A stretch of DNA of 64,000 nucleotides from a virus, in the IMG/VR virus record IMGVR_UViG_3300036770_008442, positions 64,255 through 128,254 of that record. One strand, 5' to 3'. This document shows positions 9,957 to 19,727 of the stretch, in pieces. Position 1 is the stretch's first letter, and every line of letters starts with the position of its first letter. Under the pieces are notes generated by a model. That model had not been told where the DNA came from. It saw only the letters and a list, made by a program, of their open reading frames with translations, and searched no databases. A program made the translations under genes and the position numbers.

Positions 9957-10222
9957 TAAATATTTGTCTTATCCCCGGATTTATCCTTAGCCTCCATAGC
10001 CAAAGCCAATTTGTTCAGTAAAGCGGGGAGTTGGCCATAGAGAAGTGCTTGCTTCTTAATTGAAGCTGCCTTAGCAGAGGTCGTTGTTGCTTTTTTTTCC
10101 ACTGCAGATTCGGCTGAAATTTCTGAAAATTTTAAATTAACATCAGCTTTAGCCTTTGCTAAATCTTCATTAACTCCCTCGTTAATGCTGAATTCTGATA
10201 GATTTGTAATCAATTTATTCAT
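9953..10222 (-). CDS. Small helical protein, possible head-packaged protein
   Basis: Likely start MNKLITNLSEFSINEGVNE at 10222 (ORF-track start 10258 lies deep in the upstream gene). Confidence 0.7.
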   Translation of the reverse strand: MNKLITNLSEFSINEGVNEDLAKAKADVNLKFSEISAESAVEKKATTTSAKAASIKKQALLYGQLPALLNKLALAMEAKDKSGDKTNIY

Positions 10223-11105
10223 ATCTTCTAGCAATAGTAATTTTTGTTCTAAGATCACGGATCTGTCTCATTAAATTTTCTCTAAAATCCTTGAATGCTT
10301 TACTTGCATCCTTATTCTCAGATCCTTTTAAAACTCCCGAAGCTTCTAGACGATCTCTTTCAGTATCGATAAATGCGTATCTCTCGTTTCTCTCTGTCAT
10401 CAAAACCTTTATTAAGACTTTAATTTGTGATTTTTCTAATCCTTGAACATATTTAGTAAACTGAGCTGCATTCATGGCTAGAATGGGATCTAAGGAAAAT
10501 TTAGGTCTGTCCAAATTATAGACCTCCTCTTCATCATCTCTTGCTACTGATTTAGAAAAATCAAGTCTCCCAAATTTCTTTACAAAATTAGCATCTTTTT
10601 CTTTTGCAGAAATTAGTGCTTTCTTATATTTACGATAAAGTTCATCTGAAACTGTTTCATCCGTTAAATCCTTTGAAATCTTGTAGATCTTTTCAGCTAA
10701 ATCTGCTTCTAACCTAGATTTTTTAGAATTCCAGTAAGAAATTAATTTAGAATTTTCTCCAACTATTTCTTCTACCTTATTATCTATTTTAGCTATTTCA
10801 GCCGCCTTTTTCTTATTCAGAGCAGAGATTAAACCTCTATTTCTGTCTATCATTCTCTCCAATTTTTTATACTCCGCTGCATCATTTTTTGTCTGACCTT
10901 TTTGGATATCCAAAGCATCTATCTCGGTTTGAATCTCGTTCCAATCTTTAATATATTTCGTTTCTATCGTATTAATTTTCGACAGAAGATTATCTATTTT
11001 AGAAATAGATCCGCCAAAATTAGAACTGAGCCAGTTCATAATCTTATCCATAGAACTGGACTCGTTTACAGATCTATTATCCCATTCAGAAAATCTTAAA
11101 ATCAT
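10215..11105 (-). CDS. Coiled-coil protein, probable internal head protein (paralog of 11107..12204)
   Basis: MILRFSEW...VNES N-terminus; MDKIMNWLSSNFGGSISKI aligns with LDSIKNFLSKNLLGGLSRL. Confidence 0.7.
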   Translation of the reverse strand: MILRFSEWDNRSVNESSSMDKIMNWLSSNFGGSISKIDNLLSKINTIETKYIKDWNEIQTEIDALDIQKGQTKNDAAEYKKLERMIDRNRGLISALNKKKAAEIAKIDNKVEEIVGENSKLISYWNSKKSRLEADLAEKIYKISKDLTDETVSDELYRKYKKALISAKEKDANFVKKFGRLDFSKSVARDDEEEVYNLDRPKFSLDPILAMNAAQFTKYVQGLEKSQIKVLIKVLMTERNERYAFIDTERDRLEASGVLKGSENKDASKAFKDFRENLMRQIRDLRTKITIARRYE

Positions 11106-11106
11106 C

Positions 11107-12204
11107 TTATTTAATTTTTTTTATAGCGGATTCAACCTGTTGTACATCAGGAACTGGATAAATCTCCAATAGTAGCATTTCACTTGTTAAATTCTTATCA
11201 TCAGAAACCGCTTTATTGATCTTTTTAAATAATTCAGACAAAGAGGGTTGATCCTTAATTTTACCCGAGATTTCTTTTCTGCTGTTACCCAAATCAGAAT
11301 AAAGTTTTATCAGATTATCACAAGAATCAATTTCCTCAGAAAACCCATATATTTTTTTAAGATCTTGATCGAAATAGCTCTGTTTATAAGAAACACCTTT
11401 AGAATTAACATGTTTAATTTTTTTTAGCAGATCTTCCAAATAGTCCTTTAATTCTTTTTTTAGATCTTTAGCCCTATCCTGTGTTTTTTTCTTAAGCTTC
11501 ACAATGGTATCCGGATCGTTTTCTTTAATTACCTTCTTCAGTTCTATTATATTCGATAGATCTTTTTCGTCAATGTTCAATTCTTTATTCTTATTAGTTT
11601 GGGCTTTGAATCTATTAACTAATTCCTCAGCCTTTGATTGAGCTGATGCTAATCTTTTTTCTAATTTTTTAATCTCTACCGCATCCTCACTTCTTTTTTT
11701 AGCATTATCATATTCAAATTTGGCTAGTTCAGAAGCATCTTCTGCCAATCCCGCCTCAAAATATTCCTTCCTTCTTTCATTATCGCCTATTGTTTTTTCA
11801 GCAAGTTTTAGACCTTTTTCGATCTGTGTTTTTTTGAACTTAACCAAAGAAGAATATTCTTTTTTCTTTCTTTCCATTTCATTTTGTACTTGAAGAATAG
11901 CTGATTTTTCACCGGATCCCCTGGTCTTGTCAAGCTTTAATTCCAAAAAATCAATGTCATCCGAAATTTTATCCTTCGCTAAAATTAATTCTTTGTTTAT
12001 TGCAAGATTGTTTTTTCTAATATCGTCTAATATATTTAAGCGGGAGAGACCACCTAATAGGTTCTTTGATAAGAAATTCTTAATAGAATCCAATCCGCTG
12101 GATTCATTTAGTTGCTCATTAATATATTTTACATCACTGCGATTCAGAGGCTCCGTTAGATCCCTTATGATTAAAAAATCGCGATGACTTAAGATTTTTT
12201 TCAT
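11107..12204 (-). CDS. Coiled-coil protein, probable internal head protein
   Basis: INEQLNESS site; late promoter at 12228-12235; lies directly downstream of the capsid gene. Confidence 0.7.
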   Translation of the reverse strand: MKKILSHRDFLIIRDLTEPLNRSDVKYINEQLNESSGLDSIKNFLSKNLLGGLSRLNILDDIRKNNLAINKELILAKDKISDDIDFLELKLDKTRGSGEKSAILQVQNEMERKKKEYSSLVKFKKTQIEKGLKLAEKTIGDNERRKEYFEAGLAEDASELAKFEYDNAKKRSEDAVEIKKLEKRLASAQSKAEELVNRFKAQTNKNKELNIDEKDLSNIIELKKVIKENDPDTIVKLKKKTQDRAKDLKKELKDYLEDLLKKIKHVNSKGVSYKQSYFDQDLKKIYGFSEEIDSCDNLIKLYSDLGNSRKEISGKIKDQPSLSELFKKINKAVSDDKNLTSEMLLLEIYPVPDVQQVESAIKKIK

Positions 12205-12227
12205 AATAAAAAAAGGTTTATTTCATT

Positions 12228-12235
12228 TATATATC
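12228..12235 (-). promoter_or_regulatory. Late promoter motif GATATATA
   Basis: Octamer about 24 nt upstream of 12204, just past the capsid terminator. Confidence 0.65.
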
Positions 12236-12242
12236 TACAAAC

Positions 12243-12278
12243 AAAAAGAAACCCCGGGTTTTTTAACCCAGGGTTTCT
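12243..12278 (-). terminator. Intrinsic terminator of the major capsid gene
   Basis: AGAAACCCTGGGTT-aaaa-AACCCGGGGTTTCT-TTTT hairpin plus U-tract just after the gp23 stop. Confidence 0.85.
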
Positions 12279-12300
12279 AAAATCAATTTAAACTAAAGGA

Positions 12301-13995
12301 TTAGGAAAGTCCTCCAGCAGGTACATTGACGTGCAAGCAGAAGTACATGGTTTCGGGGTGGAAACCAGCTTCGACGAGAGCGTAACGTGACTTAACTGCG
12401 ATCTTCGGAGACATCGTACCCTCTGAGATGGTCTGAATAGATTCAGCCATCATGTAAGGCATAAACTTGAGACCTGGCTCATCATCTCCGCCCTTTCTTC
12501 CAATGAGAATTCTATTGTCGTTGAATTTCATGTTCTGGTCGACGTAAACAGTCATACCAGCGAGAGAACCAACTGGGTAAAGAGTTCCATTGTTCTGGGT
12601 CAGGGTATTAGAGAAAGGAGCAAAAGTAAACTGTGAAATGTCCTGAAGTGCACTTGCAACGTTAGCGTTAGTAACGATAAAGTTAGCAGGGCCTCTTCTT
12701 CCTCTGTTAGCAACTACGTTTGCTCCAGCAAGAATTCTAGAGAAGAGTCTTCTCTGGAGAGTAGACAAGTTCTCGTAGGTTCCTGAAGCAGGACCAGCAG
12801 TACCAGCAAGGGTTAAACCGGTGTCTGATTTTCCAACGTAAGAAGGAATGGAGTAAGAACCAGCAGTACCACCGATAACGAGGTTGAGGTTCAAGTTTTG
12901 TCCTTCTGTAGTGAAGAAATCATAGTGGTTAGACCATCCAAGGGCAAATGCTCTAGAAAGGATGTGCTTATTAATAGCCTGTGAAACTTCGTTAACAAGA
13001 GCATTTTCAATCATTGAAATAACGTCAATTCCAAATTGCTTATTCAAGTCTTGGATTTGCTCAGTGGTAACAGAAGCAGCTACCTGGAATGTATCAGCCT
13101 CCACGAATTTTGTGAAAGTCGAAAGACCCATTGACTGGTAGTAATTACTTTCACCGTATGCTCTAAGCATTGGGTTGTAGGTCTTAGTACCATCAACGAA
13201 AGGTCCTTGCCAATCATCGGAGTTTTGGAAGCCAGCTCCAGAGAATCCTTGGATGTGATCCTCGAGGGCCTTAACCAATTCAGCAGAAGCTGTAGTAGTA
13301 CCAGCTTGTGATCCGTTAATTGAAGTACCTACTTTAGTTGCTCCACCATCAACAACAGCAGCTACAGATTCCCCCGCTGTAATTCCATCAACCTTAAAGA
13401 TTGGGAATCCGTCGATTCTGGAGAGTCCGACAAATTTGGTTGTGATGTATGCACCAGCAGAGGTAGCATTGGTGATGTAGTAAGTTGTACCAACTGCAAA
13501 ATCACCAGGATATCCAGCTGCAGGGCTCGTAAGTCTGAGCTTAATCATAGCAGGAGCTGCTGCCAAAGCATCAGCTGCAGTAGATCCAACAGAGGTTGGG
13601 CTAAGCTTACCACCAGCATAAACGTAATCTAGGTAAGAAAGAACACCGGTAGGTCCAGACATCGGGATAACCGGAACGATGTCAAATCCAACCGTCTTCG
13701 CAGCAACCTGAATTGCCAAGGGAAGAAGTGAAGGAAATTTATCGCCAGATCCTTGCCAAGATGTGTTGTAAAAACCAGCATTAGCGTTAGTGCTAGTTGG
13801 GAAGGTTGGAGGTACAACTGCTCCCATACCGTTTACAACATTGAGCGACTGGTATGCACCAGCAGACTCATTCAAAGAATGGTAGTGGCAGTATTTGCTC
13901 AACCATGTCTTCTTTTCAACATCAGCGATACCTGCTTTTTGCTCAATGATAGGAGCCCAGGTATCGAAGATTTCTGCTTCATTAATCAGTTTCAT
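12301..13995 (-). CDS. gp23: Major capsid protein, T4 gp23 family
   Basis: VIPMSGPTGVL, EQIQDL...GID...ENALVNEVSQAINKHIL, RRGPANFIV, FMPY...PKIAVKSRYAL. Confidence 0.95.
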   Translation of the reverse strand: MKLINEAEIFDTWAPIIEQKAGIADVEKKTWLSKYCHYHSLNESAGAYQSLNVVNGMGAVVPPTFPTSTNANAGFYNTSWQGSGDKFPSLLPLAIQVAAKTVGFDIVPVIPMSGPTGVLSYLDYVYAGGKLSPTSVGSTAADALAAAPAMIKLRLTSPAAGYPGDFAVGTTYYITNATSAGAYITTKFVGLSRIDGFPIFKVDGITAGESVAAVVDGGATKVGTSINGSQAGTTTASAELVKALEDHIQGFSGAGFQNSDDWQGPFVDGTKTYNPMLRAYGESNYYQSMGLSTFTKFVEADTFQVAASVTTEQIQDLNKQFGIDVISMIENALVNEVSQAINKHILSRAFALGWSNHYDFFTTEGQNLNLNLVIGGTAGSYSIPSYVGKSDTGLTLAGTAGPASGTYENLSTLQRRLFSRILAGANVVANRGRRGPANFIVTNANVASALQDISQFTFAPFSNTLTQNNGTLYPVGSLAGMTVYVDQNMKFNDNRILIGRKGGDDEPGLKFMPYMMAESIQTISEGTMSPKIAVKSRYALVEAGFHPETMYFCLHVNVPAGGLS

Positions 13996-14026
13996 TTTTT
14001 GTATTGTTTATTTTTTTTTAATTTTT

Positions 14027-16051
14027 TTAGAACTTGCCTTCTAAAGATTTAGCTACCCAATTCAGATAATCATTTGAGTATCCTTTAACGGGGAGTTCAT
14101 TCTTTACAGACTCTGTGTTTTGTTGATTCTCATTCATCTTTTGAAGACCAATACTATTCAAGCCTAAAGTCCGAGTAGCCCAGAAGTTCTTAATCTGATA
14201 TGGGGTATCTAAGTTATAAAAGGCAGATTGTGCAATAATAGATTGCTTCTGTCCTTCATTTAAAGACTCCCAAATCGGGGAAAAAGACTCTGGCATTTGG
14301 TCGATAAACTTGTAACCAGTTTGTGTTCTTTCAGATTCATTTAGAATCTCATCTGCTTTTTGTGTTTGAGCAGTTGACTGGAATTTCTTCGCAGCCTCAT
14401 TTATGTTTTGTTCGGTTTTTTGTGTTTTAACCGATTCAATTAAAGAATCTATCTTGTTAGAGATTGAAGAATAATCTCCAGCAAATCCAGATTCATTTAA
14501 ATCACCACGAGATGCTACTTCAGCGCTTCTTCTTAAGTTGTTATTATTAGAAGAAGATCCATTAAAATTAAATTTCTCTGAAATAGAATCAACTTGAGAA
14601 ATATTACCGTTTAATTTTTCAGCAAGATAATCAGAATAAGCAATACCCTTATCCAAATTTTCTGCTAGGTATTCCGAATAGTTAATATTCTTATTTAAAT
14701 TCTCAGCAATGTATTCAGTATATTCAATTCCTTGGTCAAGTTTTTCTGCCAGATATTCAGAATAAGCAATACCCTTATCCAAATTTTCTGCTAGATATTC
14801 AGAGTAGTTAATATTCTTCTCTACATTTTCTGCTAGATATTCAGAATAAGAAATACTAGAGTCTAACTTTTCTGCTATGTATTCAGAATAAGAAATGTTC
14901 TTCTCGAGATTTTCAGCAACATATTCTGAATACTGAATTCCATCGTCGACCTTTTCTGCTAAATAATTAGAATACTCGATGGTCTGATCAACCTTTTCCG
15001 CAATGTATTCTGAATATGAAATAGACTTGTCCACATTTTCTGCTAGATACTTAGAGTAAGAAATAGTTTTATCTAGATTTTCAGCTAAGTATTTAGAATA
15101 TGAAATACTGCCGTCGAGATTTTCAGCTAAATACTCTCCGTATTTAATAGCATTCTCTAAATTTTCAGCGAGATATTCTGAATATTTTTCTAACTTGGCA
15201 ACTCTTTTTTCCAGAGCAGCACAATCAACATTATTATTTGAAGATTCGCTAACATTTTTCATACCAGAAATCTGGGCTTCTATATCTTCCATTTTTCTTT
15301 TGAGGAAAATGGAATACTGATTCAGTTCATCAGCAGTAACGTATTCTTTTTTAGACTCCATGATATTGGATTTATTTTTTTCGGTGTTAAATATTTTTTG
15401 AAACTCTTCGTTATTTTCAACTTTATATATCTTCAGATCGGAATGATTTTTTAAACCCAACGACTCATTTACACATTCCAATTTATCTGTAATTGAACCC
15501 TTGGTAATTTTAGAAAAATCATCCATTGTAAATCCTGCGCTTTCGTATACTCTTTCCAATTGTGCATCCTTAAATCCAGGATCTGCAACGAGATCATAAG
15601 TGAAAATTTTCTTGATCTGAACTTTTTTATCGGGTCCGACATTACCTGCAGCTCTAGAAGAAATACAAAGGGGTATTCCTGCATCAACTAATTTTTTAGC
15701 GATTTGTCCAGCCGGGGTATCTAAAAGACGGACCTTAATTTTAATTAGTCTGCCCTCCTTATCGTGTTCTAAATCCTCGATAATATGGGAAATATTTTTT
15801 AAAGAGACATCAAATTCTTTCGGGTGATCCAATTCACCTAAAAGTCTTTTCTGTTTGATTTTTTCCCTTAAGTATTCAAGATGGGGTAAATATTCTCCCT
15901 CTTCGTAGACTCGATTATTATTATTTTCCTTTCCAAATTCAGCAGCAATACCTTTCAAAACATATTCATCCTCCGAAGTTTTAGAAACCGAAAGATTATT
16001 ATTCTGTTTTTCTAAGATAAATAATAAATCCCCATTTGAGAAATTGTGCAT
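14027..16051 (-). CDS. gp21: Prohead protease (gp21) fused to a repetitive scaffold/core domain
   Basis: NNNNRVY, LGELDHP, ISHII, LDTPAGQI, ISSRAAG, TYDLVADPGF; then 14-aa tandem repeats and a coiled coil. Confidence 0.92.
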   Translation of the reverse strand: MHNFSNGDLLFILEKQNNNLSVSKTSEDEYVLKGIAAEFGKENNNNRVYEEGEYLPHLEYLREKIKQKRLLGELDHPKEFDVSLKNISHIIEDLEHDKEGRLIKIKVRLLDTPAGQIAKKLVDAGIPLCISSRAAGNVGPDKKVQIKKIFTYDLVADPGFKDAQLERVYESAGFTMDDFSKITKGSITDKLECVNESLGLKNHSDLKIYKVENNEEFQKIFNTEKNKSNIMESKKEYVTADELNQYSIFLKRKMEDIEAQISGMKNVSESSNNNVDCAALEKRVAKLEKYSEYLAENLENAIKYGEYLAENLDGSISYSKYLAENLDKTISYSKYLAENVDKSISYSEYIAEKVDQTIEYSNYLAEKVDDGIQYSEYVAENLEKNISYSEYIAEKLDSSISYSEYLAENVEKNINYSEYLAENLDKGIAYSEYLAEKLDQGIEYTEYIAENLNKNINYSEYLAENLDKGIAYSDYLAEKLNGNISQVDSISEKFNFNGSSSNNNNLRRSAEVASRGDLNESGFAGDYSSISNKIDSLIESVKTQKTEQNINEAAKKFQSTAQTQKADEILNESERTQTGYKFIDQMPESFSPIWESLNEGQKQSIIAQSAFYNLDTPYQIKNFWATRTLGLNSIGLQKMNENQQNTESVKNELPVKGYSNDYLNWVAKSLEGKF
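14597..15184 (-). repeat. 14 tandem 42-nt (14-aa) repeats, consensus YSEYLAENLDKxIx
   Basis: Counted directly in the translation of the gp21-scaffold ORF. Confidence 0.9.
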
Positions 16052-16076
16052 TCCTATGTATCTTTTATTTTGTTAC

Positions 16077-16084
16077 TATATATC
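16077..16084 (-). promoter_or_regulatory. Late promoter motif GATATATA (gp21-gp23 operon)
   Basis: Octamer about 26 nt upstream of 16051. Confidence 0.65.
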
Positions 16085-16114
16085 GGTTTTATCTGTAAAA
16101 AATTTGACGTTTTT

Positions 16115-18862
16115 TTATCTTGAGCTTTTTATGGAGCTTTCGATGTCATTTACAAATTTCACAGCTTCTTCGAATCCTAATTCCCCTCTTTTAACTACTC
16201 TTTTTCTATCACCTACTCTAGAAAGTTTATTTCTTAAAATAACTTCAGTCGGTTGATCGAATCTGTCATATCTAATTTTTGCATATGTTACATTTTCCCA
16301 ATCTGATATTGCCAGATTGTTTTTTAATTCCTCGGTACCAAATTGCTCAAGTGGATTTATCCCTTCTCTTGGTTTAGTATCCCTAATAATCGATGCATTT
16401 TTTCTAGATTTCAAGGAAAGATCACCACCATCTCCAGTATCTTCTTTATCCTCAACATCCTCTATTTCTATTTTTTCTTCAGGTTCTTCCTGTTGCTCCT
16501 CCTCTTTTTCTTCCTCCTTATATTCAAAAATTCCATATCTGGGGTTTTTCACCTTGTCGTCAGATGTAACCTCCACCCGAATTGGATCACCCTCTGACGG
16601 GCTCATACTAGAATTATCTACTACAAAATAATTGAAATCGCCTGGATTTTCTAAAATTTCAGGATTTGCATATTCCTTTTCAACCACTTTATAAACTATG
16701 ACTGGGATTTGACCATATTCATTGGAACTTGATGCAGGGGATTTTTCAGGATCGGTCTCGGGTTCAGGAAGACCCTGTGCCCATTTTTTATCATCCTCCG
16801 TCTCTTGGTTATCCTCCGTCTCTTGGTCAGGATCCTCTTCTTTCTTTTCTTCTCCTTTCTGATCTTCTTCTCTTTGTCCTTCTGCTTCTTCGCCCCTTGT
16901 TTTTTCCTCCTCCTTTTCATTACCAGCATCTTCTTCTTTCTCAGCTAACAGAGAGAATTCATCAAAAGATAATGCTCTATTTTTAGAGATTCTCTCTTCT
17001 TTATTATCAATCGTAAGAGATTCATTACTTTTCTCATCGATAACAGGAAAAATATTATCTAAGGGAAGATCTTTAATCTGTGATTCTGAAAGAAGAGATC
17101 CTTTTACGTTTACAACCTCTCCCGATTCGTTTGTATAATAGAAAACGTAATCTTCTGAAGCATCTTTAGGAACTGTCAACGGATAGTCAGGTGCTTTTGA
17201 ATATTCGTCCTGCAAGAGATCCCAATCACAAAATCCGACTAAAGAGGTCGAAAGCATGTAATCTTCTATATTAGGAATAGCAAGAATTCTAAGTTCTAGG
17301 TCATCGTTATCGGCAAATCCCCTTGAAAATTCAGAATCATTATCGAAAGAAAGCAGAACTAGATTGTTGTCTTCCACAACATTCTGAAGCATTTTGGAAT
17401 TAACCTGGAGCAAAATAAAGATCGATCTATTCTCTTTTTGTCCTATTTTTACAAGCTCCATGGTAGTTCTAGTGTCATTCTTGCTCATGCTCAATACATC
17501 TATAACAACATCCCATCCGCTTGCTCCTCCGTCACTAGTCCAACAGACAGTAATAGATCTCCCAACCGGAATGTTTTTTGGTTTAAAAGATCCATATGCG
17601 AAATCATCAACCTCTGAAAATTTAGGAGCCTGTTTGTCGCTTAACCAATTCCAGGTTTGATTTATTCCACTGCCTACTACCTGAACAGCTAAAAGTATCC
17701 AACCAATCGGATTAGATGCCTCTGCAGCTACAGTGGCCCCAGCTGCTCCTCCGGCTGCTGCTCTAGCTCCGAAGATAGAAGCTGCTCTTGCTCCACCTGA
17801 AGCAACAAGTCTTTGTGCAGCTTGTTTTACACTTGTAGCTGCTGCTCCTCTTAATAATGCTCCGTTGCTTGCATAAGCAGCACCACCTTTAACAAAAGCC
17901 CCAGAAGGTAAAACCACCTTTCCAGCATTAAGTAAACCGGATAATCCAGCTCTAGATGCAAGTCTAGATCCAAAAGCTTTTAGACCCGCTAGCCCGCCTA
18001 CTCTAGAAGAAGCAGGAGCCAAACTTCTGACAACTGCACTATTACCGAAACTATAAATATTTCTTGCAGTCTTTGCTAAAAGCCAGGTACTATAGATTCC
18101 ACCAACAGCGGTAAGGGCTAAATAAATTCCGCCTATAGCACCCAGCCCAAGGGCAACATCAGCAACATATTTGGATATATCATCCAAAAGACTTTCTGTT
18201 TCTTTCACCTCTCCAGTAGGTATGGCGTAATCAAACTCACATAAAATCAGATTCCCAACATCATATTTTCGGGTAATTCTAAGAGCACTTCTAGAACTAT
18301 AAACAGGATTTCCCGCTTCATCCAAGAAATCAACAATTACAGCTTGTGGATCACCCTCTGGAAAATCTTCATCCACCGTTAATTCAGTCTTCAGTTTTCC
18401 TTCATTAATTAGTTTTTGTACCGCAAAAGTTAACTTCTGAAATTTAGCTAAAAACTCTTTATTTGGTGAATCCTCTTCCGACTCTTCCTCGTTCAGGCGA
18501 ACATATTCAGAAAAAGAAATAACTTTTTTTCTCTCAATCAGATTATAAACTTGATCCTCCGCGTAATCGTAAAAAATATTAGATGTTCTAGATGATTTTT
18601 CAAGGAGAGCTTGAGATTTTTTATAGATGTTTTCTGCAGATTCAGCTTGCCATGATCTAGGATTTGATTCTAGCCATTTTTTCCATTTGTCTGTATACGT
18701 CCACCATTGAAAATCATTCAAAGAGAGTTCTTCTCCTTCAAGATCCATAGGAATATTTATAATGGGAAATAGATTATCCTTAGAAATTTGACTCGGATTT
18801 ACAGATTGGTCAGTTCCAGCAGTTCCTATGAACTTTAGACCTTTTTTAAAAGCTATAATCAT
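16115..18862 (-). CDS. Large virion protein with a Gly/Ala-rich hydrophobic segment and acidic linkers (candidate ejection protein)
   Basis: Hydrophobic stretches (ALGLGAIGGIYLALTAVGG; SNPIGWILLAVQVVG), ISFSEYVRLNEE and LSFDEF motifs, Glu-rich regions; GATATATA at 18928-18935. Confidence 0.6.
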   Translation of the reverse strand: MIIAFKKGLKFIGTAGTDQSVNPSQISKDNLFPIINIPMDLEGEELSLNDFQWWTYTDKWKKWLESNPRSWQAESAENIYKKSQALLEKSSRTSNIFYDYAEDQVYNLIERKKVISFSEYVRLNEEESEEDSPNKEFLAKFQKLTFAVQKLINEGKLKTELTVDEDFPEGDPQAVIVDFLDEAGNPVYSSRSALRITRKYDVGNLILCEFDYAIPTGEVKETESLLDDISKYVADVALGLGAIGGIYLALTAVGGIYSTWLLAKTARNIYSFGNSAVVRSLAPASSRVGGLAGLKAFGSRLASRAGLSGLLNAGKVVLPSGAFVKGGAAYASNGALLRGAAATSVKQAAQRLVASGGARAASIFGARAAAGGAAGATVAAEASNPIGWILLAVQVVGSGINQTWNWLSDKQAPKFSEVDDFAYGSFKPKNIPVGRSITVCWTSDGGASGWDVVIDVLSMSKNDTRTTMELVKIGQKENRSIFILLQVNSKMLQNVVEDNNLVLLSFDNDSEFSRGFADNDDLELRILAIPNIEDYMLSTSLVGFCDWDLLQDEYSKAPDYPLTVPKDASEDYVFYYTNESGEVVNVKGSLLSESQIKDLPLDNIFPVIDEKSNESLTIDNKEERISKNRALSFDEFSLLAEKEEDAGNEKEEEKTRGEEAEGQREEDQKGEEKKEEDPDQETEDNQETEDDKKWAQGLPEPETDPEKSPASSSNEYGQIPVIVYKVVEKEYANPEILENPGDFNYFVVDNSSMSPSEGDPIRVEVTSDDKVKNPRYGIFEYKEEEKEEEQQEEPEEKIEIEDVEDKEDTGDGGDLSLKSRKNASIIRDTKPREGINPLEQFGTEELKNNLAISDWENVTYAKIRYDRFDQPTEVILRNKLSRVGDRKRVVKRGELGFEEAVKFVNDIESSIKSSR

Positions 18863-18873
18863 CTTTTATTTTT

Positions 18874-19665
18874 TTATTCAGAATAAATCCTAGAATAAGA
18901 TTTAGAAATTAGACTTATTAATTTCTCTATATATCCACTATTTCTAAGCTTTTTAAAGACAAGATTACCGACTGAAAATTCCCCGGATTTTTGCAATCCG
19001 TCCTTTCTCATTTTTTGAATTTTTGTTTTTAAATTATTCAGTCTTTTATAAAGATCTTTAGCATTTTCGGGGAGTCTAGAAGCCAAGACAAGATCTGACT
19101 CCATCTTATTTATTTCAGCTACTATTCCCTCAAACTTTTTTGTTACATCTTGCTCATCGATACTAGGCGGATCAAATTTGGGCTTTCTGATCCATTTTCC
19201 ATTTTTTAAAGAGTATAGACCAGATGCAGTGTGAGGTTCAGAGACATCCTGAAGATAGAGCTCAACATCATGACCTCTAATTACAACATCATGTCTCAGA
19301 TTCCAAATAAATCTTATTCCGTCAATAGCGACTTTTAAAGCCTCTTTTGGAACTTTTATTTTAGAAAAATCCACTAAGACATGGACATCTAAATCCGAAT
19401 TTTCAGTGTAATTAAAATTAGAAAGGGATCCGGTGAGCTGAATGTCACTGATTTCAACATTCCCTATCAGTTCCTCAAATTTCTCAAAAAAATCTTTGGA
19501 TATTCTAATTAATTTTTTTCTAACTAGAGAATCAAATACCCACTCTTTTTTACCATCTTTAGTCTTATACGAATCCCAGAATTTTGGATTTAATTCATCA
19601 TTATAAAACTCTCCTATCTTTGATTCGTTTAAAAAATATGAAGAAAAACTTTTAATTTGGCCCAC
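18874..19665 (-). CDS. Pol-beta superfamily nucleotidyltransferase
   Basis: LTGSLSNFNY...SDLDVHVLVD (GS, DxD) plus a third acidic residue in VELYLQD; GTG start; late promoter at 19688-19695. Confidence 0.8.
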   Translation of the reverse strand: MGQIKSFSSYFLNESKIGEFYNDELNPKFWDSYKTKDGKKEWVFDSLVRKKLIRISKDFFEKFEELIGNVEISDIQLTGSLSNFNYTENSDLDVHVLVDFSKIKVPKEALKVAIDGIRFIWNLRHDVVIRGHDVELYLQDVSEPHTASGLYSLKNGKWIRKPKFDPPSIDEQDVTKKFEGIVAEINKMESDLVLASRLPENAKDLYKRLNNLKTKIQKMRKDGLQKSGEFSVGNLVFKKLRNSGYIEKLISLISKSYSRIYSE

Positions 19666-19727
19666 AAAAAAAGGATTATTTGGAATTTATATATCCAAAT
19701 AATCCAGAGTTAATTTTTTATAGTCTA

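Noticed and set aside
14597-15184. 42-nt repeats as a CRISPR array or non-coding repeat
   Set aside because: No spacers; in frame and varying mainly at synonymous positions, so it is a protein repeat
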